A DNA stretch of 57,452 bases from a virus (taxonomy: Duplodnaviria > Caudoviricetes), in the IMG/VR virus record IMGVR_UViG_3300048623_000040, positions 1-57,452 of that record; one strand, given 5' to 3'. A model generated the notes under the pieces. It was not told the DNA's origin. It did not search any database and saw only the letters and a list, made by a program, of their open reading frames with translations. Shown here piece after piece: positions 1 through 7,529 of this stretch (the first letter of the stretch is position 1; the number at the start of each line of letters is the position of its first letter). A program made the position numbers and the translations under genes.

Positions 1-36
1 GACCTACGAGCTAGCCCCCTAGCTCGACCGACGACT

Positions 37-360
37 CTACGGCCGATAAAATGGCGGAGGTACGCAGGGGTCTCCTATCGTGGGACCCCTGAACCACTTC
101 AAGACGCCCCTATGTCGGAACAGCACCCAAGCCTCGACGTCATGCCGCTGGCATTCGATGAAGAAATTATGCTGGCTGGCCCGCAGGGCATTGATGGATG
201 GCTTGCCTATTTTGAGTTCCAGAAACTGGGCGTGCCCAGCATACAGACCGATGCAATCGGGAAGCCCGTTGGGCGTGGTGGTTTCGAGTCGTTGCCACCA
301 GCCGCGCAGGTCCGGCTTTATATCGAGCCAGAGTTTTGCTTCTGTGTCAGCCATCGCCAC
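37..360 (-). CDS. VRR-NUC-like PD-(D/E)XK nuclease (Holliday junction resolvase-like)
   Basis: Motif E...GLPD...FLELK...LRASQ typical of small phage PD-(D/E)XK nucleases. Confidence 0.7.
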   Translation of the reverse strand: MAMADTEAKLWLDIKPDLRGWWQRLETTTPNGLPDCIGLYAGHAQFLELKIGKPSINALRASQHNFFIECQRHDVEAWVLFRHRGVLKWFRGPTIGDPCVPPPFYRP

Positions 361-824
361 GATCTCTGGGATTTGATGTCTCTGACGGCGGAGATGCTAA
401 TTTCATACTCCGCAGCTAACTCATAAAGGTTGCCAGAGCTACGCCATATCTCTAGGGCCTGCTGCTCTGTCAGCTTGTTCGTATGCATGGCGCGACCGCG
501 CTTCTGCCGTGTCTTGCTCACCATGTCGTCTACGTTGTCCTGATGGGTTCCGAGGAAGAAATGGAGAGGCTCCACGCACTTCGTATTGTCGCAGCGATGG
601 CAGACCTGTTCCTCGGTGGACAGGAACACGCCGTGCGTTTCCTCGTACACTATCCGCGATACTTTCCGGCATCGCGGCGGCTGAAAAGTCCTATCCTTGA
701 CCATGGGGTATCGGCCACTGAGCGTACACACGAGGCAATGTACGCCTTCAACTAGCGGCGTCGTCTCGTCCCGGTAGGACGACCGGGCTATCCGGGTCAT
801 GAGGGGGACGGGACGAGGTGCCAT
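318..824 (-). CDS. HNH homing endonuclease with C-terminal HTH
   Basis: VCHRCDNTKCVEPLHFFLGTHQDNVDDM (HNH_3 pattern), then KLTEQQALEI...LAAEYEISISAVRDIK HTH. Confidence 0.85.
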   Translation of the reverse strand: MAPRPVPLMTRIARSSYRDETTPLVEGVHCLVCTLSGRYPMVKDRTFQPPRCRKVSRIVYEETHGVFLSTEEQVCHRCDNTKCVEPLHFFLGTHQDNVDDMVSKTRQKRGRAMHTNKLTEQQALEIWRSSGNLYELAAEYEISISAVRDIKSQRSWRWLTQKQNSGSI

Positions 825-826
825 TT

Positions 827-1591
827 CTACGGCCGCACGAGTCGTTCCTTGAGCCCGCCGAAGCTCAGCGTCTTGGGCACTTCGTCGTGATCCTGCGCCA
901 GCCCGAGCAGCAGGTGGAAGGCCACCATGCCGGCGTGGAACAGGCCGTCGGGCCGCCGGATGCGCTTGATGCGCCGCCCGCCGTCGACTGCTTCGAGGTT
1001 GCCAGTGCGCATGCGGCCGATGATGTAGAAGCCGACATCGAGCGCGCGGTTGCTGTACAGGCCATCGATCAGCGCCTTGGCGGCAGGCCGCGAATCGACG
1101 CCCTCCATGTAGCCCTGCTGGGACATCTTGCGGGCCACGCTGTTGACCTCGCGGTCGCTCAGCTTCATGTCCTCGAACGCCTTGACCGCGCGGCTGATGT
1201 CGCGGAAACGACTCGACAGCATCTCGACCGGCTCCTCGTAGCCTTTCCAGCGCTGGACCTTGAGCGTCGGCCCGATCAGGAAGCTGCCATCCCTCTGGAC
1301 GCCGACACCGATGTGGGCGCGCCTGTCCTTGAAGTGGCTGTTGAGCAGGAAGAACGTCAGGCCGTCCGAGCGGCTCGCGGCGACGAGGTGTCGGCCATCC
1401 TTGGCCTTGGCCTTGCCGCTGTCCTTGTGGCGGCGGCCCTGCACGGCGACGCCGATCTCGGTCATGTCATGGGCCGCCCGGACGTGACGCAGGAACGCCG
1501 TGGTGTCGAGTATCTTCTCGGTCTTGGCGTTCTTGCGGGGGGCGGCGGCGGGGGCGGTCTTGGCCACCTTGGGCAGAGAAATGTGTGTCAT
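827..1591 (-). CDS. Hypothetical protein, possibly DUF932-like
   Basis: ATG at 1591 chosen because the longer ORF overlaps the GGCT gene antisense; FLLNSH motif recalls DUF932. Confidence 0.45.
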   Translation of the reverse strand: MTHISLPKVAKTAPAAAPRKNAKTEKILDTTAFLRHVRAAHDMTEIGVAVQGRRHKDSGKAKAKDGRHLVAASRSDGLTFFLLNSHFKDRRAHIGVGVQRDGSFLIGPTLKVQRWKGYEEPVEMLSSRFRDISRAVKAFEDMKLSDREVNSVARKMSQQGYMEGVDSRPAAKALIDGLYSNRALDVGFYIIGRMRTGNLEAVDGGRRIKRIRRPDGLFHAGMVAFHLLLGLAQDHDEVPKTLSFGGLKERLVRP

Positions 1592-1657
1592 GTGATAGTG
1601 GTAGTCGGTATCCTCATGATAATCAAGATTGTACTTATCGCAAGGATACTGTAGGAT

Positions 1658-2125
1658 GTGGGAATGGCACACCGCACTTATCCCCACCTGATGTTTGTCT
1701 ACGGCACCCTCCAGAAGGGTCACGGCAACAACCGCGTCATGATCGGCGAGTCGGGCAAGGAGGCACTCCTGCTCGGCAAGGCGACGACCATGCAGAAATA
1801 CTGGATGGCGAGCGGCGGCTACCCGCGCGTCGCCAAGCAGGTCCTCGGCGGCTTCCCGCCCGACATCGAGCGCGAGGACTACCACGGTCAGGTGCGGGGC
1901 GAGGTCTGGATGGTCAACGACTCGGCGATCAAGGCGTGCGACCACCTCGAAGGCCACCCCCGCTTCTACCAGCGCGAGATCGTCCCGGTCACCCTCGACA
2001 AGGACCGCGCCCGCCTGCGGCCGTGGATGTACATCATCGTCGAGCCCTTCCGGGCCTACGAGTGCATCGAGAAGAACCGTGACGGCGTGCTGCACTGGGA
2101 GTCCCTGTACCGGGTCGCCTCGTGA
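1658..2125 (+). CDS. Gamma-glutamylcyclotransferase (AIG2-like) family protein
   Basis: FVYGTLQKGHGN...VRGEVW...CDHLEGHP.FYQR signature. Confidence 0.85.
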   Translation: MGMAHRTYPHLMFVYGTLQKGHGNNRVMIGESGKEALLLGKATTMQKYWMASGGYPRVAKQVLGGFPPDIEREDYHGQVRGEVWMVNDSAIKACDHLEGHPRFYQREIVPVTLDKDRARLRPWMYIIVEPFRAYECIEKNRDGVLHWESLYRVAS

Positions 2126-2317
2126 AGAAGCTCTCCGACACCTTCGTCCGTACAGCCCTAGCCAGCGGTGCCATCGTGCCTCCACCAGACCGGCCACAGA
2201 CCTCCGCCTGCAACACGCTTGCCGCTGTGGGATGGATTATAGCCTTCCTCGGGGCCTCCGCATTAGCGGTAGCATACTTCTTGGAGCGCGTTTAGTCTGC
2301 GCTCCAGAGGAGACTGC

Positions 2318-2635
2318 ATGAAGATCGTCAACAAGGCCCTGACTGACCTCGACAACAATGTCATCAAGGCAGGCGACATCGAGCTGACCGTCGCCACCGT
2401 CATCATCAACTGCGCGCTGTCCCCCATGCCGCCGACACCGGATGGCAAGACCCGCGAGGAAGCCGAAATCAAGGCGCGCGGCGACCTTGCCGCCATCGTC
2501 AACAAGGCAGCGATTGGCGAATCGTTCGACGTCTCCCCGGAGATGGTCGTCGAGCTGAAGAAGGACCTGCGACGACTCTTCTCGACCCTGATCGCGTGGC
2601 GGATGCTGCCCATCATGGACGGCAACAGCCACTAG
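2318..2635 (+). CDS. Hypothetical protein
   Basis: AGAGGAG SD upstream; phage-like codon usage. Confidence 0.65.
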   Translation: MKIVNKALTDLDNNVIKAGDIELTVATVIINCALSPMPPTPDGKTREEAEIKARGDLAAIVNKAAIGESFDVSPEMVVELKKDLRRLFSTLIAWRMLPIMDGNSH

Positions 2636-2823
2636 TCCGGCTTCTCCAGTTCGCGCTCGATGTAGAGCGACGACTCGGACCTCTGGGCGGGACCGGGGTC
2701 CACCTCGTAGCGCACAAGGTAGAGCACATGACCAGAGCGCGGACTGGCCTGCGTCCCGACGACTCGTCCGAGCCGGTTGTCGAGCGGCTTGATCCTCACG
2801 AGGTCGCCGGTCGAGAAGGGCAT
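2632..2823 (-). CDS. Small hypothetical protein (SH3/KOW-like, FSTGDLVRIK)
   Basis: Coupled to the upstream minus-strand ORF; ATG at 2823. Confidence 0.55.
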   Translation of the reverse strand: MPFSTGDLVRIKPLDNRLGRVVGTQASPRSGHVLYLVRYEVDPGPAQRSESSLYIERELEKPD

Positions 2824-2825
2824 GG

Positions 2826-3074
2826 CTAGGCCGCCTTCTTGGCAGGCTGTCGGAAGGTGTTGAACTGGGTCGTGCAGCCGTCGCACAGGATCAGCGAGAT
2901 CATCGTCGGCATCCCCATCGTCGCCATCGCCGGAGAGCCCTCGGGCGGCGCTACAGGGGCCGTGACCGACTGACAGTTGAGGGTCGACCAGCCCGCAGGC
3001 AGGCCGGTCGTGGACGGAGCCGAAACGACTCCGTCACGGTCACAGGTGTATGTCGTCGTCGTGGTTACAGGCAT
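2826..3074 (-). CDS. Small Cys-containing hypothetical protein
   Basis: AGAGGAG SD; CDRD...CDGC pattern. Confidence 0.6.
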   Translation of the reverse strand: MPVTTTTTYTCDRDGVVSAPSTTGLPAGWSTLNCQSVTAPVAPPEGSPAMATMGMPTMISLILCDGCTTQFNTFRQPAKKAA

Positions 3075-3093
3075 GAGTCGTTCTCCTCTGCTG

Positions 3094-6000
3094 TTACGTT
3101 TTGATTATTTTGTTCATTACCATGGTTGCCTGCGTGTTGTTGTGCGCAATGCCACTGCCCGTAGGGTCAGTCCCCAGCAGGCCAGAGCCAGCGACCGTAA
3201 TGTCCAAATCCTGAAACAGGCCGGCATTGGTGCCGTCCGCCGTGCCCACGGCGCGCGTCGTTCCATTGGACAGGTTGTTGCCGACAAGCCCGTGGCCCGA
3301 TGCCGTGTGACCGTGGCTTTGTATCGTGTGCGCATGCCCCGGCAACTCTCCTATCGCCAGTGCCACGGTTCCTGCGCCGCCCGCCGAGCCAACAGTAGAG
3401 GGATTGGCGATGTTCAGGCGACCCGCGCCGCCGTCCGGTCCCGCTATCACACGGCCACGAAGATCGGGCAGGTTGAAGTTACCGCCACTGCCGCCATAGG
3501 TGTAGCCGATGGCGGCGTGCAGATTGCCATAGGACGCGACTGTCACCGACTGGCCTTGGCACAGCAGCCATCCGGCCGGGGCTGTCGTACCGGCATAGTC
3601 GAGGACCGAGCCAACCGGAACGTCACCACCACCGCCGGCCACGCCGGGATCACCCTGCGGCCCCTTGAGGCCGGTGAGCGGGAACGCGGAGAACATAAGC
3701 AGCCGCGCGCCAATAGTGCCCGCAACGCCGCCGCCTGCGAAAACCTCAAAGTAGTCGGTACCGTTGGCGTCGATGTTACAAGACAAACTTTGTGCGTCGT
3801 TGTAGTTCGTAGTAGCCGATACACCATACGAATTGACTACACCGACGCCGTTTTTGTAAAGTTGAAGGTAGCCGGTCGATGCGCCGCTGCTCGACATGTA
3901 AGTCGAGTGCGCCGAGATATGATAGCGCCCAGCAGGCGGCGTGTAGCGACCCGTCGCTACGTTGTACCAACTACCCGAATTGCCCGAGAGAATGAGGTCG
4001 GGCTTCATCACCACTGGAGTTACCGGAGCGGTCACGTTCGCTGAGTTCGTCGCGGAGAAGTCGCCGCCCGGTGAGGCGACGCTGGCCCTCACCCACGCCG
4101 TCGTTGCGATCTCGTTGTTATTGCTGCCGGGAGCAGGTGACCTGCCTATGGTGCCAAGCCCATCATCCGTGACGATGAACAGCGGCGCGTTGAAGGCACT
4201 GTTGACGATGTCGAACTGGCCGTTGATCGAGCGCAGCCACTTGTTGGGCGCGCTACCCGCAGAGTTGCCGACCAGCAAAATGCCTGCGCCGTTGATGCCA
4301 GTTCCAGTGACAGAGAGTTGCTGTGTGTTCCCGGCACCATTGTCGTTGATCCAGCCAGCGGGTGTGCTTACACCGCCGGTGGCGATAAGCTGGCCGCCGC
4401 TGAAGTAGTGAGACCCACCTTGGTCGTTGCTGTAGTTGATCTCCAGACCGGAAGAGCCGTAGCCGATGTAGCCGCGCCGTGTCCCGCTGGCCTCGGTGAA
4501 CGAAATGTATCCCGTGTTGGTCGCACCATCGGCATTCATGCTGACCTTGCCGTTGCCGGAAGTGCCCGCCTCGACATAGTTCCTGAACCCCCCGGCAGAG
4601 GCCACAACGGAGCCGGCCTGATCGGAGTTACCGGCAGCATCGGCGCGGTATTTAAGAACGCCAGCGGTGTCGTACATCTCGAACGTCGAGTAGACGATGC
4701 TGCCGCTGCGAAGCTCTATGCAGGCCGAATGGGCGGCGTTCGCGCCGGTCATGTACATCCGGCCAGTGCCCGGCTGGGCCGCCGTAATGTCTGTCCCGGC
4801 ATAACCGACGCCAAGACCGTTAAGGTTGTTGTCGGTCGGCGGCGTGACAACGAGTCGTCCGCAGGGGACGGAAATTCCGGTCGGGCTCATCCACAGGTAA
4901 TAGGTGCTCTGGTCGACCTTCCTGAAATAGTGGTTGTCGTTGGTGTAGTAGCTCGACGGATTGACCGTGTTGCCCATCGTGATGTTGTTCACCGCGCTGA
5001 GCGGCGAACGCAGGGCGGTATAGTCACCGCCTTCCCGTATCAGGACAGGCTGATCGTTAAGCCTGAAGGTGTTACCGGCATTGACCCAATCGGTCAGCGT
5101 CGCCGTCGTGCCGGTCAGCGCGCCGTTGACGACAAGATTGTTCAGAAGATTGAGTTGCCCAGTGGGACCAAAATATCCATACGTTGGCGTGCCCGCCGGT
5201 CCCTGAAAGTAGATGCCGCCGCCCGAGTAGGTGCGGATGCCGACGTTGGTGCCGTCACCGCCGAAGCCTGCATTGCTGCCGGTTGCAGCGAGGGGGCCAT
5301 AGATCAGATTGTTGAACGTCGCCGTCGTGCCGGTCAGCGCGCCCGTCAGGGTGACGTCTCCGGTCGAGCGTGTGATCTTGAATGGCGTGCCGAGCAGGGC
5401 ACCGGCATCGGTGTAGCTGTTGATGATGTAATCGCTGCCGGCGTTTGAGCCGCTTTCCGCGACGTTGTTCTTGGCCAGCACCCAGCGGGCGTTCACACCT
5501 GTCCGAAGGATCGTTCCGGCGAACTGGCCGGCGTCGGCGATGGCGTACAGATAGGCGGCGAGCGCATCGCCGGTCCGATCAACAACAATGCTGCCACCAG
5601 TCGTCGATATGCTGCCGCCGGTACTGGTGACGCCTCCTGTTGCCGACAATGTTCCGGCCATTACTGTACTGCCATCGTACTTGTAGCGCGTGTGCTCGGT
5701 GAACGTCGTGTCGGCTCCGAGCTTGCGGATCGACACGATCAGGTCGCCAAGCGGGCCGGTGCCGCTAATGGCGTAGCCCTTGATCGCGGCAAACGAGCCG
5801 AAGCCGTCACCGAACATCACCGCGCCGCCGGTTCCCGTCGCCGTGCCGGTGCCGTGTGCGTAGATCGTTGCGGCCTGCGAGCCAGCCGGATCGTAGTTGG
5901 CGGCGGTCTGGTCAGTGCCCCGGACGTGCAGGCGGGCAGCGGGAGTTCCGTTCAGTCCAAGGGCGACGTAGCCCGTGGCGCGGGACGCATACAATACCGA

Positions 6001-7527
6001 TTGCAGGGCCGCGCCGGCGTCGTCGGAGGAAGTGATGAACAGGTCACTGCCTGCGTTGGACCCGGCCTCGGCACCGCCCGTCTTGTACAGCGACCAGCGG
6101 TTCAGGCTGCCCGTCTGCATGTAGATGCCAGCAGCCTGCCCGGCATCGGCACGGGTATAGAAAACCGCACCGTTGGCATCGCCGGTGCGGTCGATCATCA
6201 CATAGCCGCCCGTGGAGATGATGTTGCCGGCGCTGGTGGTGATGTTCCCGGTCATCGACAACGACGTGCCGGCGAGTGCGCCGGTCATCGTGTCGCCCGC
6301 CACGTTGACGTAGGTGGCGTCGGCCGCTGCCGCCGTCTGGTAGCCCTGATCCTTGACGAACTTGGTGGTGGCGAGGCTCTGGTCGTTGTCGCTCGCCGGG
6401 ATAACGGTCGCGAGGGTCGGGTTGCCGGTGAACACGGGCGACAGGAGCGGCGCGACCTTCGTCCAGTCGACGCGCAGCTCTACGTTGCCTGACACGCCGC
6501 CGCTATCTGGGTCGAGGCCGTCACCCGCCGCGACACCGAGGATCGGCCCGTCGCCGGTCGCCGTGTTGAGGTAGCCGGTGATCTTGACTCGCGTGCCGCT
6601 GGTAGGGGCCACGCCCTGCGCGCCGATGAATATCGCATTCATCTTGATCCAGCCCAGCGTCCCGCCCCCGTCGTCGGGCTCACTGGTTATGTCGTAGCGC
6701 GCATAGAACGTCGTCGGGACGAACTCGTTGGTGATGATCAACGAGTCGCCGGGCAGGAACAGCGTCAGGTAGCGAAAGAAACCGTCGTCATCGACCTTGC
6801 TGATCGAAATCCGCCGTGCGTTGGGGTCGGGCGGGTCGACCGTGACCGTCTCGATCCCCATGTTGCCGACGTCCGGGTCGACCAGCGTGTTGGTCGGGGT
6901 GATGTACTGGTAGACCGCCGCGCCCTGACCTCTGGTCGTGAACAGGTCGCGCACCCACGCCGTCGAGGCGATGTTGCTCGAATTGTCGGTGCTGATTCGT
7001 TTCGGCACCGAGGACGTGCCGGCTGGCGCGGCCGATGAAATGGTGAAGCTGGTGCTGATCGTCGCGCTGGGTGCCGTCACCGTGCTGCTAAACGCCGCCG
7101 TCGTGCCGGTCATGTGCCCGCTGAACGCGCCGGTCACGCTGCTCATCGCGCCTGTCAGGGTGACGTCCGTACCGAGCAGCGTCCCGGTCATCGTGTCGCC
7201 TGTCACGTTGACGTATGCGGCGTCAGCCGCTGCCGCCGTCTGGTAGCCCTGATCCTTGACGAAACGAGTCGTTGCAATCGACGTGTCGTTGTCCGATGTC
7301 GGCGGTGTCGGAGCCGTCGGGTTGCCGGTCAGGATGACGTTGGCCTTGATCGTCGGGTCGGGATACGTCCCCGCCAGATCGCCACCAGCCGGTCCCGTCG
7401 GCACGTTGAACCCTGTGCCCTTGACCGAAACCCACATCGTGCCGTTCCACTTGTACGTGGCTCCGTTGGCAGCGGTGAAGCTCTGGTTAAGTGTCAGAGG
7501 CGGATTTGGAAAGTCGATGACTGACAT
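3094..7527 (-). CDS. Long tail fibre protein with C1q-like domain, short collagen repeat and C-terminal tail-collar domain
   Basis: Gly/Thr-rich; PTAPTPPTSDNDTSIATT fibre repeats; YNVATGRYTPPAGRYHI (C1q-like); GLKGPQGDPG; VPVGSVLDYAG..APAGWLLCQG...FNLPDLRGRV tail collar. Confidence 0.85.
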   Translation of the reverse strand: MSVIDFPNPPLTLNQSFTAANGATYKWNGTMWVSVKGTGFNVPTGPAGGDLAGTYPDPTIKANVILTGNPTAPTPPTSDNDTSIATTRFVKDQGYQTAAAADAAYVNVTGDTMTGTLLGTDVTLTGAMSSVTGAFSGHMTGTTAAFSSTVTAPSATISTSFTISSAAPAGTSSVPKRISTDNSSNIASTAWVRDLFTTRGQGAAVYQYITPTNTLVDPDVGNMGIETVTVDPPDPNARRISISKVDDDGFFRYLTLFLPGDSLIITNEFVPTTFYARYDITSEPDDGGGTLGWIKMNAIFIGAQGVAPTSGTRVKITGYLNTATGDGPILGVAAGDGLDPDSGGVSGNVELRVDWTKVAPLLSPVFTGNPTLATVIPASDNDQSLATTKFVKDQGYQTAAAADATYVNVAGDTMTGALAGTSLSMTGNITTSAGNIISTGGYVMIDRTGDANGAVFYTRADAGQAAGIYMQTGSLNRWSLYKTGGAEAGSNAGSDLFITSSDDAGAALQSVLYASRATGYVALGLNGTPAARLHVRGTDQTAANYDPAGSQAATIYAHGTGTATGTGGAVMFGDGFGSFAAIKGYAISGTGPLGDLIVSIRKLGADTTFTEHTRYKYDGSTVMAGTLSATGGVTSTGGSISTTGGSIVVDRTGDALAAYLYAIADAGQFAGTILRTGVNARWVLAKNNVAESGSNAGSDYIINSYTDAGALLGTPFKITRSTGDVTLTGALTGTTATFNNLIYGPLAATGSNAGFGGDGTNVGIRTYSGGGIYFQGPAGTPTYGYFGPTGQLNLLNNLVVNGALTGTTATLTDWVNAGNTFRLNDQPVLIREGGDYTALRSPLSAVNNITMGNTVNPSSYYTNDNHYFRKVDQSTYYLWMSPTGISVPCGRLVVTPPTDNNLNGLGVGYAGTDITAAQPGTGRMYMTGANAAHSACIELRSGSIVYSTFEMYDTAGVLKYRADAAGNSDQAGSVVASAGGFRNYVEAGTSGNGKVSMNADGATNTGYISFTEASGTRRGYIGYGSSGLEINYSNDQGGSHYFSGGQLIATGGVSTPAGWINDNGAGNTQQLSVTGTGINGAGILLVGNSAGSAPNKWLRSINGQFDIVNSAFNAPLFIVTDDGLGTIGRSPAPGSNNNEIATTAWVRASVASPGGDFSATNSANVTAPVTPVVMKPDLILSGNSGSWYNVATGRYTPPAGRYHISAHSTYMSSSGASTGYLQLYKNGVGVVNSYGVSATTNYNDAQSLSCNIDANGTDYFEVFAGGGVAGTIGARLLMFSAFPLTGLKGPQGDPGVAGGGGDVPVGSVLDYAGTTAPAGWLLCQGQSVTVASYGNLHAAIGYTYGGSGGNFNLPDLRGRVIAGPDGGAGRLNIANPSTVGSAGGAGTVALAIGELPGHAHTIQSHGHTASGHGLVGNNLSNGTTRAVGTADGTNAGLFQDLDITVAGSGLLGTDPTGSGIAHNNTQATMVMNKIIKT

Positions 7528-7529
7528 GG

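Noticed and set aside
1592-2197. N-terminal extension of the 456-aa ORF 827-2197
   Set aside because: It is antisense to the clear GGCT gene; the real start is probably ATG 1591
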